Positions 25,486-39,559 of a DNA stretch of 64,000 nt are shown piece after piece; within the stretch, counting starts at the first letter, position 1; every line of letters begins with the position of its first letter. Source of the stretch: Eledone cirrhosa (Eukaryota); the NCBI GenBank assembly GCA_964016885.1, contig OZ024740.1, positions 18,290,001 to 18,354,000 on the forward strand. The letters are read 5' to 3'. The position numbers and the translations under genes are program-made. The notes under the pieces were generated by a model. It was not told the origin of the DNA. It ran no database searches and saw nothing but the letters and a program-made list of their open reading frames with translations.

Positions 25486-25640
25486 TATTACTTATGTTAC
25501 AGTTGTTCCTCTTCTGTTCAATTTTGTTTATCTCATTTTTTTTTTTTGCCTTTTACCTGAAATAAATTATTTTGACCTGGGTAAGAGAATTTGATAAACA
25601 TTTCAAGATAGGAATACTGAACATTATTGAAATGTATAGG

Positions 25641-25823
25641 GCGGTGGATTGGCAGTATTGGTAGAGGGTTGGACGCCATGCTTTCTAGCATAGTTACGTC
25701 CCTTTACGGTTTGAGTTCAAATCCCGCCGAGGTTAACTTTGCCTTTCATCCTTACGGGGTCGATAAAATAAAGTACCAGTAATGCACTGGGTGATTGCTG
25801 GCCTTGTGCCGAAAGTAGAAGCA
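25641..25823 (+). mobile_element. Young SINE family A copy with target-site duplication
   Basis: Complete head, core and tail; flanking direct repeat ATTATTGAAATGTATAGG (25623-25640 and 25824-25841). Confidence 0.9.
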
Positions 25824-26085
25824 ATTATTGAAATGTATAGGACGATAGATTCTTCTAGGAACGACACTTTCTCGTTCAGCAAAATCCATTATAGCAGCGT
25901 TTCTTGTGGAAGCCTTGAAATAGTTTTCATGTCTCCCGCTTAAAAATTCTCATGCACCATTATTAATATCTCTCTCTTTTACAGTTTGTAACCGTTATTA
26001 CAATTTCCAACAATATGCCGTACGTGTACAGTAAAATTAGGAATTTGAAATTAAACATTACTCAAAAATACATTAACTTATTTAT

Positions 26086-26161
26086 CACTGTTTCTCGCGG
26101 AACCTCTAGCGACCTCTTGCGGAGTTCTAGTGTTCCGAGGAACACCGGTTGAGAAACATTG
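26086..26161. mobile_element. hAT-like (MER5-type) MITE remnant
   Basis: Termini CACTGTTTCTC / GAGAAACATTG; no TSD match. Confidence 0.45.
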
Positions 26162-26849
26162 CGTTATAACGCACAGAACAAGAATTGTATGGAAGCAATA
26201 CTATATTACCCTAGTAGAAGATACGTAACTCTCATATGGCTAAAATTTAGTATTGAGAAGAGTTACCTCCCTTGAATATAAATATACTTATATAAATGTT
26301 ATTCAAGATTATATTGATTCCAGATGGCCTTGTCACTCGGCCTTGAGTCTGTGATCATTACATCACGTTAGTCTCAGCTGTCACATCACATTTCTTGAAT
26401 AATTTCACAAATATCAATTTAGTAACAATAGAGGAAAAAAAATCCATATTGAAAAACATGTTTCTACGGTTCGTCTCATTTGTAAATAAACACGATGGTC
26501 GCCTGAAAAGTTCATAGGCTGACTATGAAGGAGTGATGCTAGAGCTGTGAAATCTTGTATGTCATTAATTTCAACTCTTCTTATTAATAAATGCATTGTT
26601 CCTTTCCAGGGACTATGTTAAAAAATAAACCTCATTTGGTCATTCCATGAGAGTATCTTGGTCAGCCTATATATTTTTCTGACTATGAACTTTTCAGTGT
26701 AAACACATACATCTGTTTTCAATAATTCTGTCTAACATATAAAGCAAGTCAATGTAAGAACACGGGGAGATGATTCCATCGATTATAGTGTTTCACCAGT
26801 TTATCGATCCCGGACAATTGAAAGACAAAGTTGATCTCAATCAGAATAG

Positions 26850-29800
26850 ACACCCCACCACCACCACACACAGACACACATACACGCACACACACACACA
26901 CACACAGACACACATACACGCACACACACACACAGACCCCACCACCACACACAGACACACATACACGCACACACACACACACACACAGACCCCACCACCA
27001 CACACAGACACACATACACGCACACACGCACACACACACAGACCCCACCACCACACACAGACACACATACACGCACACACACACACACACACAGACACAC
27101 ATACACGCACACACACACACAGACCCCACCACCACACACAGACACACATACACGCACACACACACACACACACAGACCCCACCACCACACACAGACACAC
27201 ATACACGTACACACACATACACACAGACCCCACCACCACACACAGACACACATACACGCACACACACACACACACAGACCCCACCACCACACACAGACAC
27301 ACATACACGCACACACACACACAGACCCCACCACCACACACAGACACACATACACGCACACACACACACAGACCCCACCACCACACACAGACACACATAC
27401 ACGCACACACACACACACACAGACCCCGCCACCACACACAGACACACATACACGCACACACACACACAGACCCCACCACCACACACAGACACACATACAC
27501 GCACACACACACACAGACCCCGCCACCACACACAGACACACATACACGCACACACACACAGACACACATACACGCACACACACACAGACACACATACACG
27601 CACACACACACACACAGACCCCACCACCACACACAGACACACATACACGCACACACACACAGACACACATACACGCACACACACACACAGACCCCACCAC
27701 CCCACACAGACACACATACACGCACACACACACACAGACCCCACCACCCCACACAGACACACATACACGCACACACACACACAGACCCCACCACCCCACA
27801 CAGACACACATACACGCACACACACACACACACAGACCCCGCCACCACACACAGACACACATACACGCACACACACACACAGACCCCGCCACCACACACA
27901 GACACACATACACGCACACACACACAGACACACATACACGCACACACACACAGACACACATACACGCACACACACACACACAGACCCCACCACCACACAC
28001 AGACACACATACACGCACACACACACAGACACACACATACACGCACACACACACACACAGACCCCACCACCACACACAGACACACATACACGCACACACA
28101 CACAGACACACATACACGCACACACACACACAGACCCCACCACCCCACACAGACACACATACACGCACACACACACACAGACCCCACCACCACACACACA
28201 CACACATACACGCACACACACACAGACACACATACACGCACACACACACACACAGACCCCACCACCACACACAGACACACATACACGCACACACACACAG
28301 ACACACACATACACGCACACACACACACACAGACCCCACCACCACACACAGACACACATACACGCACACACACACAGACACACATACACGCACACACACA
28401 CACAGACCCCACCACCCCACACAGACACACATACACGCACACACACACACACAGACCCCACCACCACACACAGACACACATACACGCACACACACACAGA
28501 CACACATACACGCACACACACACACACAGACCCCACCACCCCACACAGACACACATACACGCACACACACACACAGACCCCACCACCCCACACAGACACA
28601 CATACACGCACACACACACACACAGACCCCACCACCACACACAGACACACATACACGCACACACACACAGACACACACATACACGCACACACACACACAC
28701 AGACCCCACCACCACACACAGACACACATACACGCACACACACACAGACACACACATACACGCACACACACACACACAGACCCCACCACCACACACAGAC
28801 ACACATACACGCACACACACACACACAGACCCCACCACCCCACACAGACACACATACACGCACACACACACACACAGACCCCACCACCCCACACAGACAC
28901 ACATACACGCACACACACACACACAGACCCCACCACCCCACACAGACACACATACACGCACACACACACACAGACCCCACCACCCCACACAGACACACAT
29001 ACACGCACACACACACAGACACACATACACGCACACACACACACACAGACCCCACCACCCCACACAGACACACATACACGCACACACACACACAGACCCC
29101 ACCACCCCACACAGACACACATACACGCACACACACACAGACACACATACACGCACACACACACACACAGACCCCACCACCACACACAGACACACATACA
29201 CGCACACACACACAGACACACATACACGCACACACACACAGACACACATACACGCACACACACACACACAGACCCCACCACCCCACACAGACACACATAC
29301 ACGCACACACACACACAGACCCCACCACCCCACACAGACACACATACACGCACACACACACAGACACACATACACGCACACACACACACACAGACCCCAC
29401 CACCACACACAGACACACATACACGCACACACACACAGACACACATACACGCACACACACACACAGACCCCACCACCCCACACAGACACACATACACGCA
29501 CACACACACACAGACCCCACCACCACACACAGACACACATACACGCACACACACACAGACACACATACACGCACACACACACACACAGACCCCACCACCC
29601 CACACAGACACACATACACGCACACACACACACAGACCCCACCACCCCACACAGACACACATACACGCACACACACACACACAGACCCCACCACCACACA
29701 CAGACACACATACACGCACACACACACAGACACACACATACACGCACACACACACACACAGACCCCACCACCACACACAGACACACATACACGCACACAC

Positions 29801-31572
29801 ACACAGACACACACATACACGCACACACACACACACAGACCCCACCACCACACACAGACACACATACACGCACACACACACACACAGACCCCACCACCCC
29901 ACACAGACACACATACACGCACACACACACACAGACCCCACCACCCCACACAGACACACATACACGCACACACACACACACAGACCCCACCACCCCACAC
30001 AGACACACATACACGCACACACACACACAGACCCCACCACCACACACAGACACACATACACGCACACACACACAGACACACACATACACGCACACACACA
30101 CACACAGACCCCACCACCACACACAGACACACATACACGCACACACACACAGACACACATACACGCACACACACACACAGACCCCACCACCCCACACAGA
30201 CACACATACACGCACACACACACACAGACCCCACCACCACACACAGACACACATACACGCACACACACACAGACACACATACACGCACACACACACACAC
30301 AGACCCCACCACCCCACACAGACACACATACACGCACACACACACACAGACCCCACCACCCCACACAGACACACATACACGCACACACACACACAGACCC
30401 CACCACCCCACACAGACACACATACACGCACACACACACACAGACCCCACCACCACACACAGACACACATACACGCACACACACACAGACACACATACAC
30501 GCACACACACACACACAGACCCCACCACCACACACAGACACACATACACGCACACACACACAGACACACACATACACGCACACACACACACACAGACCCC
30601 ACCACCACACACAGACACATACACGCACACACACACAGACACACATACACGCACACACACACACAGACCCCACCACCACACACAGACACACATACACGCA
30701 CACACACACACAGACCCCACCACCACACACAGACACACATACACGCACACACACACAGACACACATACACGCACACACACACACAGACCCCACCACCATC
30801 ACACAGGCACCTCACCGCCACCACCACACACAGACACACAGACACACATACAGGCGCACACATACATGCACCCCCACCACACACACATACCACCATCCCC
30901 ACCACACACACACATACACCTCCACCATACACACACATACACCTCCACCATACACATACACCCCCACCACACACACGCATGCCCCCATCCCCACCACCAC
31001 ACAGATACACCCCCACCACATACACCCCACCACACACACACGTACCCCCGTCCCCACCACCACACAGATACCCCCCAGGCACATATACACCCCCACCACA
31101 TACACCCCCCACATACATACCCCATCCCCACCACCACACAGACACCCCTCACCACACACACATACACCCCCCCACTATACACCCCCACCCCCACCACATA
31201 CATATGCCCCCATCCCCACCACCACACAGATACACCCTCACCACACACACATACACCCCCACCACACACATACACCCCACCACACACACCTACCCCCATC
31301 CCCACCACCACACATATACACCCCCGCCACACACACATACACCCCCACCACACACACATACCCACATCCCCACCACCACACATACCCCTGTCCCCACCAC
31401 CACACAGATACACCCCCGCCACACACACATACACCCCCACCACACATACATCCCCACATCCCCACCACCACACATACCCCCGTCCCCATAACACACATAG
31501 ACACCCTCACCGCACTCCCCACACCCACAGGACACACACACCACACACAGACACCCACCCTACAGACACATA
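26850..31572. repeat. ~4.7-kb CA-rich compound minisatellite
   Basis: Units AGACCCCACCACCACACAC and AGACACACATACACGC(AC)n; degenerate after ~30800. Confidence 0.97.
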
Positions 31573-31579
31573 CATAGGT

Positions 31580-31905
31580 AAAGACCTCTTCTGTCATGAA
31601 TGACCATGGGATTTACACCTATAGAAAGTTCCCCTCCGTGGCACAAGTCCAGGCAAGGTTGTTTGTGAAAGACCAGCAGTCAGACATACCAGTCTCCCCT
31701 ATCCACGCCACCAGTGTTGTCCAAGGGAAAGGCAATGGCTGACACAGCTGGACACCAGTGACGTCACAACAGCACATTTCTACAATTAAATAAACTGGAA
31801 CAACGTGAAATAAAGTGTCTTGCTCAAGAGCCCAGTCCGAGAATTGAACTCACAACCACGCGATTGTAAGTCCGACGCTTTAACCTCTAAGCTATGCACC
31901 TTCAG
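31580..31905 (-). mobile_element. tRNA-derived CORE-like SINE (family B head) with a different 3' tail
   Basis: On -: TAGCTTAGAGGTTAAAGCG A box, GAGTTCAATTC B box, CTTGAGCAAGACACTTTATTTCAC core. Confidence 0.7.
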
Positions 31906-32490
31906 ATACATACATATATACATACATACATACATAAATACATACATAAATACATACATTAAGAAAAATATGGTAATCGGAACTCTCTGCGCACAATAAA
32001 ACAGTGTCTCACAATGTGTTTGCTGTGCCTGTCCTAACACCAACGTTTGGAATACTCGCGTGGTCGATAGACAAAATCCGAGCAATTGATGTTGGAACTC
32101 GAAAAATACTGAACAACACCGGAAACTTCCACATCAACAGTGACATAGACCGCCTCTACTTGAAACGTAAGCCGGGAGGCAGAGGCCTAACATCAGTCCA
32201 GACAGCATTTGAACGTCGCATCATATCCCTCCGACAACACTTACGAACCTCCAAACGTAGGAGCCTGTCTACTGAGCAAGTCTAACTACATGAGACAGAT
32301 AACATCATTTCAATTGGGAAGGAACTCCTTCAAAGATATTCCCTGCGTGATAATCAAAAACTCACACCCAGGGAAATTGCCGAGCAATACCGCAGTGAAT
32401 CCATGGATGAAAAACTACATGTTTATCAGTAAAAAATCATCATGCAAGGATATGTTGCCAGGAAGCTCCAGAGTGAGAGTAATATAGATA

Positions 32491-32884
32491 GATTTCTTTA
32501 TTAGCCACAAGGGCGCACAAGAAAAGGGGACAATACAAAGACATGCCGGGAATTTTACATACAGTCGTGTAAAAAATATAAAAACAAACAATTAGAACAA
32601 TCGAAATCCCCAATAGGGGGGAGGCGCCACAAATGGGTTGTTTAATACCCCGTCGATAGAACAACCCTCAACTCCAGGAGCGTGTTGTGCAAGTGCTCCT
32701 TTCTTCCTTTTGCTCTCTTCCTCAACCTACAGGCTTATAAACTGAGAAGGCCCAATCACTCGGGCCATTTTCGCTTCATTCACCCACCTTTCAGTAAATT
32801 TACTGGGGTGCAGTGCCTCTCTCTCCACCCTGATTCTCCTTCTAAAGTGATACTTAAAGAAGGGAATCAATTGTTGTCCGGAGA
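32491..32884 (-). mobile_element. Tx1-like LINE 3' fragment with 16-bp TSD
   Basis: Homologous to the 3' end at 39351-39740; GAGAGTAATATAGATA duplicated at 32475-32490 and 32885-32900. Confidence 0.85.
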
Positions 32885-33509
32885 GAGAGTAATATAGATA
32901 AACAAAGTAGTCTATCTTGGACCAACAACCGCTATATTGGCTCTCACTTTGAAGGATACGATTTTGCAATCCAAGAACAGGAGATTAACACGAAATACTT
33001 GATTCACAAAAGAGATAGGGATGCAGGCAAAACACCTAGATGTGATAACAAGTGCAGACTCTGTAGAATTAACATCGAAGATGTCACCCATGTCATAAGC
33101 AGCTGTCCAAAGATGTCATCACGGTACTATCTACCTATGAGGCATGATGTAGTGGCCAAAACACTGTACAATGCAATCCGTAGAAAAGATAGCCCCGACA
33201 ATAAACACATTAAAAGTTACAGCAATGTGTAAGACATCCATGTACATAATATGAAAGAGTTCTGGTGGAATGTTCCAGTAAAAATACAATGCAAGCATAA
33301 CAGACCAGATATTATGATATGGGACAGCGAAAAGAAGGCATGCACAGTAATGGAAGTTGGCTGCCCAGCAGATTCCAATATAATATTAAAGATTAGCGAA
33401 ATGGAGAATATTTATGCAGAACTAATGAGAAATCTGCAGATACTCCACCCTGACTATACCTTCAGATTTATGCCTGTGATTATTGGGGCACTGGGGTATA
33501 TTAGTAACT

Positions 33510-35550
33510 CAGACTCAGACTCAGAAGCTCCCGCGTCTTGCCACGCATGAGGCAATCATAGTGTTCCACCGCGTTCGGTCAGCAGCCAGTTGCACAACGT
33601 CCCGCCATTGTCTGTTTATCGCTCGCAGGTCCCTCTCAACTGTCTGGCGCCAGTTCATTTTGGGTCGCCCTCTCCGCCTGCTTCCCTGTGGGTTCCATTT
33701 AAGTACTTGGTTCGCCAGTCTCTCCGGGGTAAGTCTCAAAGCGTGCCCAAACCAGCCCATGCGTCACTTGCAGATGGCAGAAGAGACTAGCTGCTGGTTG
33801 GTGCGGTTCCTGACTTCCTGGTTTGTTACATGGTCACTCCATTTAATCCCCAGGATCTTTCGCAGACACCTGGAATCGAATGCGTCCAACTTCTTCTCTT
33901 GGCTGGTCTTAAGGTGCCATGTTTTACTTCCGTACAAGAGTGTGGACAGCACGTTACTGTTGTAGAATCTCATCTTTGTTTTGAGGGTGAACTTCCTGCT
34001 CTTCCAGATCTTGACAAGCTGGTTAAATGCTGCTGAAGCCTTTCCCATTCTACATTGCAATTCACTGACCATGGCGCCCCCATTGTCAATGGAGCTTCCT
34101 AGGTAGGTGAAGTTGTCCACTATCTCCACCTCCCCCTGTTCAATGAAAACACTAGTTGGTGATGGGTGTGTCCCAGATAACATGCTTTTGGTCTTCTTAG
34201 CACTGATATTGAGACCTAAGCTTCCTGCTTCGACATTGATATTGTTCATAATGATTTGCAGGTCAGCTGTGCTCTCTGCAAGTGTAACAATATCGTCCGC
34301 AAAGTCCAGGTCAGACAACTTTTGCTCTCCCACCCAAGATATACCCTGGTCTTTAGACGCTCTTCTTAGTACCCAGTCAATGGCTATGGCAAAGAGAACT
34401 GGAGAGAGCGAGCAACTCTGACGCACACCATTAACCACCTCAAACCAGGCTCGGTCAATTGGTGGGAGGAAATGAAGAAGACCATGGAAGCTGCAGGGGA
34501 AGAAATCCTGGGCTACAGGAAGTCCCTCAGAGAAGCTTGGGTCAGCAACAACACCTGGCAGCTGATTAATGAAAGGAAAGCCCTACACCAGCAGAGGCAT
34601 GCCACTACCCCAGAGGCCATCAAGGTATATCAGCAGTATGTTGACAAGGACAAGGAGGTGAAACGCAGCGCCCAAAAGGACAAACGAATGTGGCGTGAGG
34701 GTAAGGCAGAGGAGGCGGAAGCAGCTGCGGCACGCAATGACATGCGCTCTGTGTACCAAATTGCCAAGAAAATCACCGGCAGCTCTAGAGCTAACTCAGG
34801 CCCGGTGAAAGCGAAAGATGGTACGCTGCTTTCCAAGGGTGAAGAAAAGTTAGTCAGATGGGCTGAACATTTCAAGGAAGTCCTCAACCGACCGGAGCCA
34901 CGTGTGCCAGCAGACACTAAGGAACCTACTAGTTTGTTGCCTATCAATACTGATGACTTCACCGAGAAGGAAGTCCGCATGGCCATCAAAACCCTTAAGA
35001 ATAACAAGTCACCAGGTATGGATGGCATTTCTGCTGAAATGCTGAAGTCAGGAGGCGAAAGCATGGTCAAGGTCAAGTGGATGGGCCACTTATGTAATCT
35101 TGTGTGGAACACGGGTGAAGTCCCAGAAGACTGGAAAAACGGAGCGGTTGTCTGTATCCCCAAGAAGGGCAACCTTGCCGATTGTGACAACTGGAGGGGA
35201 GTGACACTTCTCTCCATATCAGGGAAGGTCTATTGTCTGATGATCCTGAACCGCATACGTGGTATGGTAGACCGGGAACTGCGAGAACAACAGGCAGGGT
35301 TCCGACCAAAACGTTCCTGTGCAGAGCAGATCTTTACGTTACGCCGCATCATTGAGAGGTACAACGAATTCCAGAGGCCCCTCGCTGTCAGCTTCATCGA
35401 TTTCTCCAAAGCATTCGATAGCATTCATCGACCGTCACTCTGGAGCATCATGCATGAGTATGGTCTGCCCCAGAAAGTCATTTCGGCAATCAAACAGATT
35501 TACGCAAACTCCAAGTGCTGCATACGGACAGAGGATGGTTACAGTGACTG
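33510..35550 (-). mobile_element. RTE-clade LINE with 5' inversion and 9-bp TSD
   Basis: The 3' half is on - (33510-34448: FADD, WFGHALR, short TCTGAG-repeat tail); the RT N-half is inverted on + (34449-35550); TTAGTAACT at 33501-33509 and 35551-35559. Confidence 0.9.
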
Positions 35551-35926
35551 TTAGTAACTGCCTCAATACAAATCTTGAGAAGCTGGGCTTCACAGAAACA
35601 GAAGGAACACAACTAGTTAGGAAATTACAAGTACAATCCAAACAGTAAAAATATGTAAAACATTCCAAAAATTCTGCATCTAATAACTACATGTATATTT
35701 GTACAGATACAAAGCATATGCACATGCATACATACAACTCAAAACATCCACGCCCACACATACAATAACATCCATATCTACACATGCATGCAGACATACA
35801 TATCTACCTAGTTGATGTTGTGTAAATTCCAATGAGAGAGTATTGTGTCTATGTTAGAAACCGACTCTCTCTCTATTGGCAAACCTTTGTGAAATTATAA
35901 AACCAGAAGAACATACATATATATAC

Positions 35927-36450
35927 ATGATGGCTGCCCCCTCGTTGTCGAGTATGGCCATTGCACGATATACCATTATTAATAATTATTAATTAATTCC
36001 ATAGTGCAATGGCTGTGCGTGAAGAAATTTTTTAAAGTGAGGAAAGACTGTGCACTGAGCCAATCCCACTCTCTGAGCGACAGTAGCTATAACCTGAAAA
36101 GAAGTAAAGATCAACATCATCAGTAACTACTGAGCCGCAGGTTTTATATCGGAGTTATCCCAGTTTCCTGAGTTGCCTTCTCCTAGAAGAATTCCCTGAC
36201 AAATGCTAGGAGTCCTTCACTCCCAGTGGTTTAACCGCGCGATCGGGTGTCCAACCAGATTATTTCTATGTCCCCGCGCATATACATACATATATATATT
36301 TAAACACTTTTGGATGGCCGTTGACTCTTATGAGTTCTTCTGCCCTTTGTCAGGTTTTGTTTTTTGTCCTGCAGGGTGTCTAAGATCACCCTCCTCACCA
36401 AGTAAACTTGGTGGGGTTGCCGGTTTAGTCGCCGACTACCCGATCATGCG
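35927..36450 (-). mobile_element. Non-coding repeat related to the RTE 5' UTR
   Basis: 36000-36210 is homologous to 59455-59670, immediately upstream of the RTE ORF; other pieces recur at ~36850 and 52996-53048. Confidence 0.6.
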
Positions 36451-36913
36451 ACAGGTTACATGTTACAATTAGTACTCAAGAGTGACCCGACATACATATA
36501 TACATGATAATGATGGCTACAGCATGATACTCAAGCATGAACATCACAGATGTGTCTTTTGAGTCCTGCTAGGGACTTGCCTATGGCCAGCAATGCTATG
36601 ATTCGCAGAAAATGTCACGTATCATCGATATCTGTGCTTGAAGCTTTTTTAACTAAAGAAATGTTTTGCACGGGGCCAATCCAACTCTGTGAACATCGAA
36701 TGCATTTGTCCCCAAAAGAAGAACTGTTCTACATCATTTGATGCAAACGAAGTCGCGGGTTTTATATCTTAATGAAGTCTAGGAGTCTCACGCTCCACAA
36801 AAAAACAATCCATCCATCCATCCATCCATCCATCCATCCATACATACATGCATGATGGCTGCGCCCTCGTTATCGAGTATGGCCATTGCACGAAAAAAAA
36901 CAAACAAAAAATC

Positions 36914-36969
<56 letters not shown>

Positions 36970-37034
36970 AATAATAATTATTATTATTATTTTAGAACCA
37001 GTCTGGCCTTGTGCCAAAAGTAGAAACAATTATT

Positions 37035-37715
37035 TTAGCACCAGTAGAATACAAATATAGACATGACAGAGTTGGCCAATATCTACACTGGGTAATATGT
37101 CGGCATTACAAAATCAAAGCTGAAGACAAGTGGTACAACCATCACTTTGAGGCTGTGACTGAAGGAGAAAAAGTAACAATTCTCTGGGACTTTCCTGTAC
37201 ATACTGACAGGGCCATAAAAGCAAATAGACCTGACATCATTATAAAAGATCAACATAACAAGGTCTGTTTTTTTGATAGATATGAGCATCCCATGTGATC
37301 ACAATATCGCGACAAAAGAATTTGACAAGCTACGAAAATATAAAGATCTGCTTATTGAAATTGAGAAAATGTGGCACCTCAAGGCCGTTACAATACCATG
37401 ATTGTGGGAGGACTGGGTATGATAAAGAAAGGAACAGAACAATATTTTCGAATGATTCCTGGTTTACCCTCTCTGCACGAGGTGCAAAAAATTATATTGA
37501 CTGGTACTGCACACATATTGAGAAGAGCACTATCTCTGTAAGATTGATATCACTCCTTGTATTTACATATGCATATGCACATGTGTATATATGTATACTG
37601 TGTTTTTTTTAATCAATGTGCTGTATTAACTGGCTTACCAATGCACACTGTAAATTTATTTGCCCTAGGTGTCAGGAAGACATATATCTCAGAAACAATA
37701 ATAAAAGAGAATAAA
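37035..37715 (+). mobile_element. RLE-type LINE 3' fragment (second family) ending in (TAA)n
   Basis: YKYRHDRVGQYLHW...ILWDFPVHTDRAIKANRPDII; frameshifted. Confidence 0.8.
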
Positions 37716-37774
37716 AATAATAATAATAATAATAAAATAATAATAATAATCATAATAATAAAATAATAAAAAAG

Positions 37775-39307
37775 GAGGGCTTATCATCAATCACCTCCTC
37801 TTCATGGACGATCTTAAGCTCTTCGGGAAGAGCGAGAAGGAGTTGGATATGCTTGTTGACACTGTCCGTATTTTCAGCAATGATATATGTATGCAATTTG
37901 GTATTAGTAAGTGTGGAGTCCTTGTGATGAAGAGGGGTAGGTTGAGCAGAAGTAACGGAATCCAGGTACCAACAGGTGAGATGATAAAGGAAATTGACAC
38001 TGAAGAAGGATACAAGTATTTGGGTGTTCTAGAGGCTGATGACATCAAGAACAAAAAAAATGAAGGAATTGATAAGAACTGAATACATTCGGAGAGTAAG
38101 GAGCGTATTAAAGTCGCATCTGAACAGTAGGAATGCCATAAGTGCAGTAAATTCCCGAGCTGTGTCTATTATTAGGTACAGTGCGGGAATTCTGAGATGG
38201 AATGTTGCTGAACAAAAAGAAATGGATAGGAAGACTAGGAAGCTATTGACATGTTCCACAAGAGGAGTGATGTCGATAGACTCTACTTAAGGAGATCTGA
38301 AGGTGGAAGAGGTCTTATCAGCATAGAGGACTGTGTTCAGATGGAGAAAAACAACCTACACAAATACGTGACTGATAGTAAGAAGCCATTGCTCAGAACT
38401 GTACTGAAGGAGGGGATAATAGACCAGGGGATGTCCAAGGAGGAAATAAGATCAAGGAGAAAGAGCAGCCTTCAGGGAAAATCCCTTTATAGTACCTTCT
38501 TTGAGAAAACTGAATTCAGAGATCCACAGACATGGAACTGGTTGAAAAGAGGAGACATTAAAAAGGCTACAGAAGGAATGTTAATGGCTGCGCAGGAGCA
38601 GGCCCTCAAAACGAAGTGGTTGAAACACCATATTTACAAGGAGGAGGCTAGCCCACTGTGCAGGATCTGTGGAGAGAGAGAGGAGACTGTGGCTCACATT
38701 GTATACGAGTGTAAACACCTAGCCCAGACTCACTATAAGGGCTGGAGACATGATGTGATGGGCAGGGTGATCCACTGGCACCTATGCAAAGTAAACAATT
38801 TACCACATTCTGAGAAATGGTATGAGCATAAGCCAGAGTCGGTGATAGAAAACGATCAGGTGAAGGTGCTGTGGGATTTTAGGATACAGACGGACAAGAA
38901 ACTGGAACACAATAGACCTGACCTGGTGGTTTTGGACAAGGAAAAAAGATCGTGCCTGGTTGTGGATGTGGCCTGCCCATTCGACACGAGAGTGAAAGAG
39001 AAGGAGAGGGAGAAAATTAACCGATACCAGGACTTAAAGTGGGAGGTAAAAAGGATTTGGAACTGCCATGAAGTCAAAGTGATCCCGATTGTCATAGGCG
39101 CACTAGGTACTATCTCAAAAAGTTTCCAGGGATGGTTAAAGAAAATTGGCCACTTCACGCTTTTTGGAACGCTTCAAAAGGCATGCTTGCTGGGAACAGC
39201 AAGAACCCTCCGATACGTCCTGAATATCTGAGGCTGCAGGTAGTGGCTTGATATTCATTTCAACAAACTTTCCAGTTAACTAACATCAATGACTGAGACT
39301 CAAAGAA
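37775..39307 (+). mobile_element. 5'-truncated R4/Dong-like LINE, copy 1
   Basis: [13 protein letters not shown] motif, CRIC...H...C zinc knuckle, RHD and RPD...D RLE; ends in (TAA)n. Confidence 0.92.
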
Positions 39308-39308
39308 C

Positions 39309-39343
<35 letters not shown>

Positions 39344-39559
39344 TAATAATGTTTTCTTTATTAACCACAAGGGTTTACATAAAGTAGACATTAAGGACAG
39401 TACAGGACAATACAGGACGGTACAAATGGGCATTTCTGCGTGTAAAAAAAACAGAGGTTGAAATAAAATAACAAAGAAAAATTCCCCAATAGGGGGGAGA
39501 CTTCCGAGGGACATTTGTGGAGAAAGCCCATTAAAAGACCACAGTGGCCTTGACCACCA

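Larger units (their letters stand above)
31960..35910 (+). mobile_element. 5'-truncated R4-clade-like RLE LINE interrupted by two nested LINE insertions
   Basis: Remnants SDIDRLYLKRKPGGRGL, CRLC...HVISSC, RHD, NRPDI...EV and PVIIGALG; the reading context resumes after both TSD-bounded inserts. Confidence 0.85.

Noticed and set aside
26749-31603. 1300-1600 aa His/Thr- or Cys/Val-rich proteins
   Set aside because: The CA-rich satellite lacks stop codons in nearly every frame simply by composition.
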